From Deltaproteobacteria bacterium (GTDB lineage: Bacteria > Myxococcota_A > UBA9160 > SMWR01), in the NCBI GenBank assembly GCA_019310965.1, contig JAFDDG010000005.1, forward strand, positions 16,227-80,226: a stretch of 64,000 bases of DNA, given 5' to 3'. Shown piece after piece: positions 46,411-56,458 of the stretch (positions are counted from its first letter, which is position 1; each line of letters opens with the position of its first letter). The notes below the pieces were generated by a model, which was given only the letters and a program-made list of their open reading frames with translations, did no database searches and was not told where the DNA came from. The translations under genes were made by a program, and so were the position numbers.

Positions 46411-47640
46411 GTGAGCACACGACCCTTTCTCGGCTGGCGCGTCGTTGCGGCAGCCTTTACGGCACAGCTGCTCTCGAACGGCTGCACGTTCGCCGTCTTT
46501 GGCGTCTTCGTGGTGCCGCTCAGCCAGGCATTCGATGTGAGTGAGGGGCGCTTCGGCCTAGGCCTCTCGTTCACCTTCCTGGTCATGGGGGCGATGGGGC
46601 CCCTGGTGGGTCGTTGGATCGACCGCGGCCTCGCGCGCCCGCTCATGCTCGCCGGAGTGGTCGCCACCGGCTGCGGCATGCTCGCACTCTCCCGCGCCGC
46701 CGAGCTCTGGCAGCTCGCCTTTGCCTTCTGTGGGATCGTCGGGGTCGGTACGGCGTGCTTCGGCCCGACGCCTTCGATGGGACTGGTGGCCAACTGGTTC
46801 GTGCGCCGCCGTGGCCTGGCGCTCGGCCTTACGGTGGCCGGGGCGACCGTCGCCACCTGGATCGCACCGCCGGTGGCGGCATATCTCATCGACAGCGTCG
46901 GCTGGCGCGCTGCGCTGGCGTGGTTTGGTGCTGGCGCCCTGACGATCGGCATTCCCGTGTTCTGGTTCTGCGTGGTGGGTCGGCCGGAATCCGTCGGGCA
47001 ACGGCCCGATGGCGATGCGCCGCTGGCCGAGGCCGTCGCTTCGCCACCCGCGGAAGAGGTTGCGACCGGCAGCCTGCTGCGCGATGCGAGACTCTGGCTG
47101 CTCTCCGTCGGCTTCGGGCTGGTGTTCACGTCGCCGATCGTCATCGTCCTGGTGCTGGTCCCCTTCGGCGAGCAGCTGGGCTTCTCGCGCCAGAACGCCG
47201 CCTTCTTCTTCTCGGCGATGGCGCCCTTCTCCCTGCTGGGGAAAGTCGTCTTCGGAGCCCTGGCCGATCGCGTGCCCGCGCACCTCGGCATCTGGATCGT
47301 GGTCCTCGGCAGTGCACTCGTCTGGGGGCTGCTCTACGCCAACCCGAGCTACGGCCTCTTCCTTGGTATCGGTGCGCTCTACGGTGTGGCAATCGGGGCG
47401 GCGGGGCCGTTGCAGGGTGTGATCATCGGACGTTGCTTCGGGCGTGCAGCGTTCGGGCGGGTTTACGGCATCGGCGGCCTGGCAACCGTGCCTATCATTG
47501 CCGCGGCGCCGGCGATTGCCGGCGTGTTGCGGGATGCCACGGGCAGCTACAACGCCGTGTTCCTGTTTCAGATCGTCGTCTTGTTGCTGGGCGGGGCGCT
47601 GCTGGCGATGGTGCGCATTCCGAAACATGCCGAGAGCTGA
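46411..47640 (+). CDS. MFS transporter (oxalate/formate antiporter-like subgroup)
   Basis: 12 predicted TM helices. Only the 3' part of the 729-aa track ORF is coding-like. The GTG start at 46411 (or 46393) is uncertain. Confidence 0.8.
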   Translation: MSTRPFLGWRVVAAAFTAQLLSNGCTFAVFGVFVVPLSQAFDVSEGRFGLGLSFTFLVMGAMGPLVGRWIDRGLARPLMLAGVVATGCGMLALSRAAELWQLAFAFCGIVGVGTACFGPTPSMGLVANWFVRRRGLALGLTVAGATVATWIAPPVAAYLIDSVGWRAALAWFGAGALTIGIPVFWFCVVGRPESVGQRPDGDAPLAEAVASPPAEEVATGSLLRDARLWLLSVGFGLVFTSPIVIVLVLVPFGEQLGFSRQNAAFFFSAMAPFSLLGKVVFGALADRVPAHLGIWIVVLGSALVWGLLYANPSYGLFLGIGALYGVAIGAAGPLQGVIIGRCFGRAAFGRVYGIGGLATVPIIAAAPAIAGVLRDATGSYNAVFLFQIVVLLLGGALLAMVRIPKHAES

Positions 47641-47705
47641 TCTGGTGGCAGCGTCGAGCTCGCCGCTTTTCCTCTCCGATCCCACCGGCTAGACTGCCGC
47701 GCTGC

Positions 47706-48728
47706 ATGCGAGTTCTGGTCACCGGCGCGACCGGGTTCATCGGCTTTCATGCGGCCGCCCGCCTGCGCGCCGACGGGCACGACGTGCGTGCGTTGGTGCG
47801 CAGCCGCGAGAAGGGCGAAGGCCTGCTGGCGCCCCTCGGTGTGGCCTCCCACGACCTCGTCGTCGGCGACATGACCGATCGCCCTGCGATCGAGCAGGCG
47901 CTGGAGGGCTGCGATGCGGTGATCCATGCGGCGGCGGGGGTGTCGGTCACCACTCGAAAGCCTGATTTCAGCGCGAATCTGCGTGGCACGCAGGCGGTTG
48001 TCGGGGCCGCCTGCGAGCGCGGCTGCGAGACACTGTACGTCTCGAGCCTCGCGGCGCTGTTCGATCCGAAGCGCAGGATTGGGGACGACTCGCCGCTCGT
48101 GCAGAGCAGAACGGAGTACGGCCGTTCGAAGGCTGCTTCCGACGCCTGGGTGCGCACGCTGCAGGACGCAGGCGCGCGGCTTGGCATCGTGTATCCCCCC
48201 GGCGTCGTCGGGCCAGACGATCCGGGTTTCAGCGAATCCGTGAAGGCCTACCGCTCGTTCCTGCGCAGCACGCTCAAGAGCAGCGGCGGTATCCAACTCG
48301 TCGACGTGCGCGACCTTGCGCTGTTGCTCGAGCGCATGCTCGAGCGCAGGGCGCGGGGACGTGTCGTCGCTGCGGGTCATTTCTTCGATTGGGATGGCTT
48401 CACGGCGCTGCTGGAGCGGGTTACCGGCACTCGCATCTCGCGCGTCGCCGCGCCCGGGTGGCTGCTGCGTGTTGCGGCGCGTGGCTTCGATGTCGTCGGA
48501 AAGCTGACCGGACGGCCCATGCCGATGTCCGGTGAGGGCGTCGAGATCGCGACGCGCTGGCCGGACATCGCCGACTCGCCGCGTGTGGCTGAGCTCGGCG
48601 TGAGCTGGCGCCCTGCCGATGAGACCCTCGCCGATCTGTTCCGCTGGTTCGTCGCGGTCGGCAGGTTGCCCGCGTCGGCGGTGCCGGCGCTCGGCGGCGG
48701 CAGTGCGGGGCAGGACGCTCGAGGTTGA
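47706..48728 (+). CDS. NAD-dependent epimerase/dehydratase (extended SDR)
   Basis: MRVLVTGATGFIG Rossmann motif and YGRSK (YxxxK). Confidence 0.85.
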   Translation: MRVLVTGATGFIGFHAAARLRADGHDVRALVRSREKGEGLLAPLGVASHDLVVGDMTDRPAIEQALEGCDAVIHAAAGVSVTTRKPDFSANLRGTQAVVGAACERGCETLYVSSLAALFDPKRRIGDDSPLVQSRTEYGRSKAASDAWVRTLQDAGARLGIVYPPGVVGPDDPGFSESVKAYRSFLRSTLKSSGGIQLVDVRDLALLLERMLERRARGRVVAAGHFFDWDGFTALLERVTGTRISRVAAPGWLLRVAARGFDVVGKLTGRPMPMSGEGVEIATRWPDIADSPRVAELGVSWRPADETLADLFRWFVAVGRLPASAVPALGGGSAGQDARG

Positions 48729-48781
48729 TGCGACGCGGTCATCCGGGCGCCCCGCACCGCGCCCGAGCGGCGGGCGCAGAA

Positions 48782-50071
48782 TCAGGGCGCGGGCGCTTCG
48801 TCGGTCGCCAAGCGACCCCCGCGCGCCGACCAACCGAAGCGCGCCAGTGCAGCGCACAGCAGCAGCGCCGCCATCACGAACGGGGCACCGGGAAAGTACA
48901 CCGGCGCGGCGTCGGACGTGAAGAAGCCGAAGAGCTCGGTCATCGTCCACGGCGCGACGATCGCCGTCACACTCGCGAGACTCGCGATTGCGCCCTGCAG
49001 CTCGCCCTGAGCGTTGCTGGGCACGCGGTTCGCGAGGATGCTGCGCAGGGCGGGAATCGAGAGCCCCGACAGGCTGAAGGGCAACAGGAAGACGTAGATC
49101 ATCCAGCCTTCACTGGAGAAGCCGAAGCCGAGAAAGCCCACCGTCATGGCGCAAATGCCAATGACGACCGCGCGCACTTCACCGACGCGCGGAATGACGG
49201 CGCGGATCAGCAACCCCTGGACGAGCGCGGAGAGCACGCCCACCGCCGCGAGCGACATGCCGACCTCTCCCGGTGACCACTCGAACTTCAGCATCGTGTA
49301 GTAGCTCCACACGCTGGGGTTGGCGTCGTGAGCGAATTGGTAGAAGAAGAGCACGACGAAGAGTCCGATCGCGAGGGGATAGGTGCGGACCCGCGCGAGC
49401 ATTCCGATCGGATTCGCGCGGCTCAGGCTGAACGGCCGCCGCTCTTCCGCCGGCAGGGATTCGGGTAGCGTGAAGTAGCCGAATAGGCTGTTCGCGAACG
49501 CGAGCCCGGCGGCGGCGAAGAACGGCAGCCGAGAGTCGTATTCGCCGAGCAGGCCGCCGGTGGCCGGGCCCAGGATGAAGCCCAGGCCGAATGCCGCACC
49601 GATCAGCCCGAAATTCTTGGTGCGATCGCCGGGTGCGCTGATGTCCGCGATGTAGGCGTTGGCGGTGGTGTGACTGGCGCCGGAAATGCCGGCGAGCACG
49701 CGGCCCACGAACAGCCATCCCAGGCTGGGGGCAAAGCCCATGATCGTGTAGTTGATGCCGTAGGTGACGAGGGAGGCCAGCAGCACCGGCCGCCGGCCGA
49801 AGCGGTCGCCCAGGCTGCCGATGACCGGTGCGAAGAAGAATTGCATCACTGCATACACCACGAGCAGGCGCCCGCCCCAGATGGCGGCCGGGCCGAAGCT
49901 GGAGTCGGTCACCTCCATGATCAGCGTCGGCATCACCGGGATGAGGATTCCGAAGCCGATCATGTCGATCAGCACGGTGACGAAGATGAAGCTGAGTGCG
50001 CTGCGAGAGGCCACGTTACGCTTTCTCGCGGAGGCCTCTTCCGCCTCGCGTCCGGGCGCCGAGCATGGCAC
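48782..50071 (-). CDS. MFS transporter, TetA-like drug/H+ antiporter subgroup
   Basis: LIDMIGFGILIPVMP, GSLGDRFGRRP (motif A), 12 TM. The start is GTG 50071 or GTG 50014. Confidence 0.85.
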   Translation of the reverse strand: MPCSAPGREAEEASARKRNVASRSALSFIFVTVLIDMIGFGILIPVMPTLIMEVTDSSFGPAAIWGGRLLVVYAVMQFFFAPVIGSLGDRFGRRPVLLASLVTYGINYTIMGFAPSLGWLFVGRVLAGISGASHTTANAYIADISAPGDRTKNFGLIGAAFGLGFILGPATGGLLGEYDSRLPFFAAAGLAFANSLFGYFTLPESLPAEERRPFSLSRANPIGMLARVRTYPLAIGLFVVLFFYQFAHDANPSVWSYYTMLKFEWSPGEVGMSLAAVGVLSALVQGLLIRAVIPRVGEVRAVVIGICAMTVGFLGFGFSSEGWMIYVFLLPFSLSGLSIPALRSILANRVPSNAQGELQGAIASLASVTAIVAPWTMTELFGFFTSDAAPVYFPGAPFVMAALLLCAALARFGWSARGGRLATDEAPAP

Positions 50072-50165
50072 GGGCGACCGCTGGCTGCACGGTGCGGTGC
50101 GGCGCCGATCGCCGCCCGCGACGGAGGCTCAGCGTGTAGAATTGTGCGCCCCAGCCGAGGACACC

Positions 50166-51314
50166 ATGCCCAACGAAGCCCCTACGCCGTTCGCGATTGC
50201 CATTCCCGATGCAGAGCTGGACGACCTGCGCCGGCGCCTGCGCGCAACGCGCTGGCCGGACGCCGAGCCGGTGGACGATTGGTCCCAGGGCATTCCGCTG
50301 GCCTATCTGCAGGAAGTCTGCACCTACTGGGCGGATGGCTACGACTGGCGCAAGCGCGAGGCGCTGCTGAACCGCCACGCCCAGTTCACGATGCCCGTCG
50401 ACGGCATCGACATCCACTTCGTCCACGTGCGCTCGAGGCATGCCGGCGCGCGGCCGCTGGTGCTCACCCACGGTTGGCCGGGCTCGATCGTCGAGTTCCA
50501 GAAGGTGATCGAGGCGCTCACGGATCCCACTGCGCACAGTGGCGGCGAGGAGGATGCCTTCCACGTCGTGTGTCCGTCGCTGCCTGGCTACGGCTTTTCC
50601 GGCAAGCCCCGCGAGCCCGGCTGGGGTGTCGAGCGCATCGCCGATGCCTGGAGCCAGCTGATGCAGCGCCTCGGTTATTCGCGCTACCTGGCCCAGGGGG
50701 GCGATTGGGGCGCCATGGTCACCACGAATATCGGCATCCGCGATCCGCAACACTGCGCGGCGATCCACCTCAATATGCCGCTCGTGACTCCCGATCCCGA
50801 GACGATGAACGACCTGACCGAGCGCGAGCAGTCGGCGCTGGCGGGCATCCAGCACTACATGGACAAGGATTCGGGGTATTCCAAGCAGCAGAGCACGCGC
50901 CCCCAGAGTCTGGGCTATGGCCTGACGGATTCGCCGGCGGGGCAGGCGGCCTGGATTCTCGAGAAGTTCTGGAGCTGGACCGATTGCGACGGCCATCCGG
51001 AGAACGTGCTCAGCCGCGACGAGCTGCTCGACAATGTCATGCTCTACTGGCTGCCGGGCAACGCCGCCTCGTCGGCACGCTTGTACTGGGAGAGCTTCGG
51101 CAGCCCGACGCTCGAAGCTCCGAAGGTGCCGGTGGGCTGCAGCATCTTCCCCAAGGAGATCTTCCGCTGCTCGCGCCGCTGGGCAGAGAAGCACTTTGGC
51201 GAGCTCCTGCATTTCAATGAGCTCGACAAGGGCGGCCACTTCGCCGCCTTCGAGTGTCCGGAGGTATTCGTCGACGAAGTGCGCAGCTGCTTCCGGTCGC
51301 TCCAGTCGCTCTAG
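50166..51314 (+). CDS. Epoxide hydrolase (microsomal-EH-like, with EH N-terminal domain)
   Basis: IPDAELDDLRRRL...RWP N-domain, HGWPGS oxyanion motif, GGDWG Asp nucleophile, C-terminal GGHFAAFE. Confidence 0.88.
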   Translation: MPNEAPTPFAIAIPDAELDDLRRRLRATRWPDAEPVDDWSQGIPLAYLQEVCTYWADGYDWRKREALLNRHAQFTMPVDGIDIHFVHVRSRHAGARPLVLTHGWPGSIVEFQKVIEALTDPTAHSGGEEDAFHVVCPSLPGYGFSGKPREPGWGVERIADAWSQLMQRLGYSRYLAQGGDWGAMVTTNIGIRDPQHCAAIHLNMPLVTPDPETMNDLTEREQSALAGIQHYMDKDSGYSKQQSTRPQSLGYGLTDSPAGQAAWILEKFWSWTDCDGHPENVLSRDELLDNVMLYWLPGNAASSARLYWESFGSPTLEAPKVPVGCSIFPKEIFRCSRRWAEKHFGELLHFNELDKGGHFAAFECPEVFVDEVRSCFRSLQSL

Positions 51315-51372
51315 CCGAACACCGCAGCACGGACCGAGGTGCGAGCCCCGCGTTGCGGGTAGACTCGCGCCC

Positions 51373-52839
51373 GTGCGAGTCACCGCCCGAAATGTGCTCG
51401 CGATCGCCACCCTGCTGATCGCCTGTGCCCCCGATGCCGACATGCGCCGGGTGGCGCGCTGTGCCGATTGCAATCTCGTGCTGGTTTCGCTCGATACGCT
51501 GCGCGCCGATCACCTGGGCTCCTACGGTTACCCCCGCGATACGTCGCCGGAGCTCGATGCCTTCGCCGCCAAGGCGCTGCGGTTCTCACAGGCGTTCAGC
51601 ACCGCTCGCAAGACGGCTCCCTCCCATGCGTCGATGTTCACCTCGCTGTATCCGACCGTGCACGGCGTCTTCATGAACGATGTGACGCAGGGCGGCGAGG
51701 GCTCCCACTACCGCCTCGCCCCGGAGGTTCCGAATCTCCCGGAGTTGCTCGCCGAAGCGGGGTTCTTGACGGTCGCCTGGCACGGTGGCGGCAACATGTC
51801 TGCCAGCTATGGCTTTTCTCGCGGATTCTCTCGTTATGTGAAATTCCAGAGCTATCGCGAGCGCGGAAATGTCGCGCCCGTGTCGTACCGCGAGCGCGAA
51901 TGGCGGCCGGCATTTCGTTGGCTCGAGGCCAACGCCGATGAGCGTTTCTTCTTATTCCTCCACACCTACGCGGTCCACGACCCGTATCAACCGCCAGAGC
52001 CGTACTACTCGATGTTCACCGGAGACTATCGGGGGCGGATTCGCGCGGTGCCGAACGACAAGCGGCGTGCCGAACGCTACTGGGCCGCCGTCGACCGCGA
52101 CGACCCCGGCGACATGGCGCACCTGATCGACCTGTACGACGGCGGCATCCGCCATGCCGACGCGCACCTCGTGGGTCCGCTGCTGCGGCAGCTGGAGCGC
52201 CTCGAATTGCTGGATTCCACGATCGTGGTGTTCGTGTCGGACCACGGCGAAGAGTTCATGGAGCACGGATTCATCAGGCACAACCAGCTCTACGACGAGA
52301 TCGTGCGGGTGCCGCTTCTCGTGTATCTGCCACCGCGGGCGACGGGCGGCGTGCCGGTCACTGGAGTGCGGGACGCGCGCGTCAGCCTGCTCGATCTGAC
52401 CCCGACGCTCCTCGAGCTGCTCGGTGTCGATCACGATGCGAGCGTTTTTCAGGGGCGCTCGCTGGCGCCCGTGATCGTTGGGACGGAAGGGGAGGATCGC
52501 TTGGTCTACGCCGAGGGCTTGATGGCCAAGTGGGGCGCTCAGGCGTTGACGGACGACGATCGGGTGCAGAGTGTGCTGCGCGTCGGCGACTACAAGATCT
52601 ACCGCCGTGAGCTGAAGGAGCGCGATCTCTTCGAACTGTTCGACGTCGTGGAGGATCCCGGTGAGCGCACGAACCTGTCGCGGGCGGAACCGGAGGCCCA
52701 GGCCGAAATGCAGGCCCGGATCGAGGCCCTGCAGCGCGAGATCGGGGAGTTCCGCGCGGCCCGTGGCTACCAGGCCGGGGCGCACGCTCACGACGACGCG
52801 TTGGTCGACGAGCTGCGAGCGCTCGGGTACGTCGAATGA
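51373..52839 (+). CDS. Sulfatase-like hydrolase/transferase lipoprotein (alkaline phosphatase superfamily)
   Basis: Lipobox LLIAC after GTG 51373. SLDTLRADH metal site. T-A-P-S-H occupies the position of the sulfatase C/S-x-P-x-R motif. DHGEEF.EHG. Confidence 0.8.
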   Translation: MRVTARNVLAIATLLIACAPDADMRRVARCADCNLVLVSLDTLRADHLGSYGYPRDTSPELDAFAAKALRFSQAFSTARKTAPSHASMFTSLYPTVHGVFMNDVTQGGEGSHYRLAPEVPNLPELLAEAGFLTVAWHGGGNMSASYGFSRGFSRYVKFQSYRERGNVAPVSYREREWRPAFRWLEANADERFFLFLHTYAVHDPYQPPEPYYSMFTGDYRGRIRAVPNDKRRAERYWAAVDRDDPGDMAHLIDLYDGGIRHADAHLVGPLLRQLERLELLDSTIVVFVSDHGEEFMEHGFIRHNQLYDEIVRVPLLVYLPPRATGGVPVTGVRDARVSLLDLTPTLLELLGVDHDASVFQGRSLAPVIVGTEGEDRLVYAEGLMAKWGAQALTDDDRVQSVLRVGDYKIYRRELKERDLFELFDVVEDPGERTNLSRAEPEAQAEMQARIEALQREIGEFRAARGYQAGAHAHDDALVDELRALGYVE

Positions 52840-52988
52840 AGAGGCGGGTCCGCCACACCTCGATGCCCTTGCCGCGCGCGGTGTGCTCTTCGGCTATCTG
52901 GGTGCCGGCGACGAGTAGCGCCGTCGCCTCGGGCGCAGGGTAGCCGCGGGCCGCGCGCCGAGTTCGCGAGTCCTCGCCGACAGGCGAC

Positions 52989-54164
52989 TCAGCTCCGGCG
53001 CAGCAGCGTCCCGGTGCCGAGGCCGCCGCCGCAGCACATGGTGACGAGTGCGTGCTCCTGGTCGCTGCGCCGCAGCTCGTGGACGGCCTTGGTGAGCAGG
53101 ATGACGCCGGTGCCGCCCAGCGGATGGCCGACGGCGATGGCGCCGCCGTTCGGGTTCACCGTCGCCATGTCGGGCTTGAGCTCGCGTTCCCAGGCCAGCA
53201 CCACCGAAGCGAAGGCCTCGTTGATCTCCACCACGTCGATGTCGCTCATCTGCAGGCTGTTGTCCGCGAGCAGCTTCTGGGTGGCGCCGATCGGGCCCGT
53301 CAGCATCAGCGCCGGGTCCGAGCCCACCAGGCAGGTGTCGACGATCGTGGCGAGCGGGGTGAGCCCCAGTGTCTGCGCCTTCTCCCGGGTCATCAGCAGC
53401 ACGGCGCCCGCGCCGTCGCTGATCTGGGAGGAGCTGCCCGCCGTGTGCACCCCATCCGGCAGGTTGGTCTTGAGGGCGGCCAGGCCCTCGAGAGTGGTCT
53501 CGCGCAGCCCCTCGTCGCGCTCGATGCGGCGGATCTCGTCGCTGGGCTTGCCGTCTTCGTCGGGCACCGGCGCGTCGATGGGGAGCAGCTGACTCGCGAA
53601 GCGGGCGTCCGCCCACGCCGCCGCCGCGCGGTCCTGGGAGAGCTTTCCGAATGCGTCCGTCGCCTCACGCGTGATGCCCCACTGCCTGGCGATGCGTTCG
53701 GCAGCCTCGAACTGCGAGGTCCACTCGTGATGCTTCCAGTAGCTCTTCGTCACCGGCTTGCCGACGAATCGGTCCTTGGGGATCGTGGCGCCCATCGGCA
53801 CCTGGCTCATGGATTCGACGCCGCAGCCCACGGCCGCGTCGACGACGCCGGAGGCGACCAGCGCGTAGGCCAGGTTCGCGGCCTGTTGCGAGGAGCCGCA
53901 CTGGGCGTCGACGGTGGTGGCCGCCACGCCGATGGGCAGCCCCGCCGAGAGCCAAGCGTTGCGCGTCACGTTCATTGCCTGCATGCCCGCCTGGCCGACG
54001 CAGCCGCCGACCACCTGCCCGATCTCGAGCGGATCGATGCCACTGCGCTCGATCAGCGCGGCTTGCACGCTGGCCAGCAGGTTCATCGAGTGCATGGCGG
54101 AGAGGCCGCCCCTGCGCTTGCCGAGGGGGCTGCGGACGGCTTCGACGATCACGACATCGGGCAT
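52989..54164 (-). CDS. Acetyl-CoA C-acyltransferase (thiolase)
   Basis: Acyl-Cys VDAQCGSSQQA, NEAFA, GHPLGGTG, catalytic C-terminal CCGGGLG. Confidence 0.92.
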   Translation of the reverse strand: MPDVVIVEAVRSPLGKRRGGLSAMHSMNLLASVQAALIERSGIDPLEIGQVVGGCVGQAGMQAMNVTRNAWLSAGLPIGVAATTVDAQCGSSQQAANLAYALVASGVVDAAVGCGVESMSQVPMGATIPKDRFVGKPVTKSYWKHHEWTSQFEAAERIARQWGITREATDAFGKLSQDRAAAAWADARFASQLLPIDAPVPDEDGKPSDEIRRIERDEGLRETTLEGLAALKTNLPDGVHTAGSSSQISDGAGAVLLMTREKAQTLGLTPLATIVDTCLVGSDPALMLTGPIGATQKLLADNSLQMSDIDVVEINEAFASVVLAWERELKPDMATVNPNGGAIAVGHPLGGTGVILLTKAVHELRRSDQEHALVTMCCGGGLGTGTLLRRS

Positions 54165-54269
54165 GGCGGACTCCTCCCCGCTCGGGGGTGGGTGGTGGTG
54201 TCGGGCTCTCCAAAAGCGTGCGGCATCCTATCCCATGACTGGAGGCACGGGCAGCCATCGGAGGCGGGG

Positions 54270-55184
54270 TCAGGCCAGCGCTTCGGGGTGGCGCGCCTCC
54301 AGCATGCGGCGCAGGCCCTCGCGCCACGGCACCTTGCAGGGGCCCGCCAGCTCGATGCGCCGGGTCGGATCGAGTCGGTACTGATGGATGCCGTCGTCCG
54401 ACTCGACGAAGCTGACCTTTCTGCCCACCAGCTCGCCGATGCAGCGGCATAGCTCGGCCATGTCGACCGGCTCGTCGCCGCCCCAGTTCGTGATCGTGGC
54501 GGGAACCGCAGCGGCGGCCAGCAGGCCCGGGGTGTGGTCGAAGATGTCGTCCTCGTGAATCGGGCAGGCGATCGAGTGGCCCGGCAGCAGCGGGATCGGG
54601 TGTTCGGCCAGAATCGCCGGAACCAGCATGGCGGGCAGCCCGCCGTTGTCGCCGTAGGCCGCATTCATGCGCGCGATCGTGGTGGGCAGGCCGAACTCGG
54701 TGGCTGCGAAGCGCGCCACGGCCTCCTGTCCGATCTTCGAGATGCAGTAGGTCGGCGCGTACGGCTGGTGACTGCCACCGAGCGGGTCGTTCTCGAGCAC
54801 CGCGCGGCTGCCGTCCGCCGGCGATGCGTAGACTCCGCAGGTCGACATCATCAGGCACGCCTTGGCGTCGCGAAAGCGGCTCATCACGCGGCCGGTGCCT
54901 TCCGCATTGATGCGCAGGCTCGTGTCGTAGTCGTGGCCCGGGACGATCACCGCTGCGAGATGCAGCAGGTAGTCGAAGTCGTCCGGCAGGTCGCCCCAGC
55001 TCGGCTCCGCCAGGTCGACGACGCGTGTCTGGATTCCGGCCTTTTCACAGCGCTCGCGCCCCTCGGCGTCGCTGAAGCGCGCGATGCCCCAGACCTCGTT
55101 GTGCTTCGCCAGTCGAGCGGCGAGCGGGAACGCGATCTGCCCGGCGGGCCCGGTGACGAGAATCTTCTGGTCCTGGAGCTGCAT
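54270..55184 (-). CDS. NAD-dependent epimerase/dehydratase family protein
   Basis: ILVTGPAGQIA Rossmann-like N-terminus and YCISK (YxxxK). 304 aa. Confidence 0.8.
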   Translation of the reverse strand: MQLQDQKILVTGPAGQIAFPLAARLAKHNEVWGIARFSDAEGRERCEKAGIQTRVVDLAEPSWGDLPDDFDYLLHLAAVIVPGHDYDTSLRINAEGTGRVMSRFRDAKACLMMSTCGVYASPADGSRAVLENDPLGGSHQPYAPTYCISKIGQEAVARFAATEFGLPTTIARMNAAYGDNGGLPAMLVPAILAEHPIPLLPGHSIACPIHEDDIFDHTPGLLAAAAVPATITNWGGDEPVDMAELCRCIGELVGRKVSFVESDDGIHQYRLDPTRRIELAGPCKVPWREGLRRMLEARHPEALA

Positions 55185-55254
55185 CGCTTGCCTCGCTTCT
55201 TCCCCTTCGTGAGGAATTCACCATGGTGGGGGGCAGGCATCGTATCATCTCGGC

Positions 55255-56424
55255 ATGGATGGACTGTCTCTCGATCCTCGAGCCCTGCTGCAGGAGGCCA
55301 CGAAGCAGACCGGCCTCGACGATTTCGGCGACGAGGGTTTTCGCGAGCCCTTCGAACGCACCTGTGCGGCGCTCGACGGCGAGGCGGGTCTCAACGCGGC
55401 GGGGCGCGGCGCGCAGCGCCAGCGCGTGATCGAACTGCTCACTACTCGCGCCCGGGCGGAGCATTGGTTCGCGAAGCATCCCGAGATTCTCGAGGAGAGC
55501 ATCGTCGCGCCGCTGGTGATCGTGGGTCTTCCCCGCACGGGCACGACGATGCTCCACCGCGTCATCGCCTCGGATCCTAGTTTTGACTGTGCACTCTGGT
55601 ACGAGACCCGCTTTCCCGTGCCTCCGCTCGACTGGGACTGGGCGTCGCCGGACCCGCGCATCGAGCAGGGCAAGCAGGAGGTTGCCCAGACCCTGGAGTT
55701 CGTGCCTGAACTGGCGTCCGTGCACCCCTGGGATGCCTGCCAGCCAGATGAAGAGCTCATGCTGATGGAGCAGTCGTTCCTCACGCAGATGGCCGAGTCC
55801 TATGTCGACATCCCGAAGTTTGGCGCATGGCGGCTCCAGCAGAGTCAACGTCCCTCCTACGCCGTGCTCAAGCGCATGCTGCAGCTCCTCCAATGGCAGC
55901 ACCGCAGGCTCGGCCGCGCCCGGGAGCGTTGGGTGTTGAAAGCGCCGGCGCACATGAAGGACATGGAGCTTCTCTTCGAGACGTTCCCGGATGTGAGCGT
56001 CGTGCAGACCCACCGCGACCCGGTGCAGTCGATCCCCTCGATCTGCAGCATGGTTCACTATGTGTGGCAGCTGGGTGCGGACGCTCCGGATGCGCGGTCC
56101 GCTGGCGAGCAGTGGTCCCGCATCTTCTGCGACAGTGTGAACGCCTGCATGGCGTTCCGCGAGGCGGGCCACGACGATCGTTTTCTCGACATCCAATTCC
56201 TCGATTCTCTGAAGGACCCGATCGGCGCGGTGAATCGCATCTACGCCTTCCTCGGAAAGTCGTTGACGCCGTTTGCGGAAGACCAGATGCGCCAGTGGAC
56301 CGAGGAAAATGCCCGCGAAAAACGACCGCCTCATGACTACACGCTCGCGAAGTTCGGGCTGAGTGAAGAGGGCATCGAGCGAGATTTTGGTTCCTATCGG
56401 GAGCGCTACGTCACGCCGCGCTGA
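55255..56424 (+). CDS. Sulfotransferase-family protein
   Basis: PAPS-binding loop GLPRTGTT, later THRDP region. 389 aa. Sits 34 nt upstream of the WS/DGAT gene on the same strand. Confidence 0.8.
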   Translation: MDGLSLDPRALLQEATKQTGLDDFGDEGFREPFERTCAALDGEAGLNAAGRGAQRQRVIELLTTRARAEHWFAKHPEILEESIVAPLVIVGLPRTGTTMLHRVIASDPSFDCALWYETRFPVPPLDWDWASPDPRIEQGKQEVAQTLEFVPELASVHPWDACQPDEELMLMEQSFLTQMAESYVDIPKFGAWRLQQSQRPSYAVLKRMLQLLQWQHRRLGRARERWVLKAPAHMKDMELLFETFPDVSVVQTHRDPVQSIPSICSMVHYVWQLGADAPDARSAGEQWSRIFCDSVNACMAFREAGHDDRFLDIQFLDSLKDPIGAVNRIYAFLGKSLTPFAEDQMRQWTEENAREKRPPHDYTLAKFGLSEEGIERDFGSYRERYVTPR

Positions 56425-56458
56425 GCGCGGTGACGATGGGAGCAGACGAGGAGACTCG

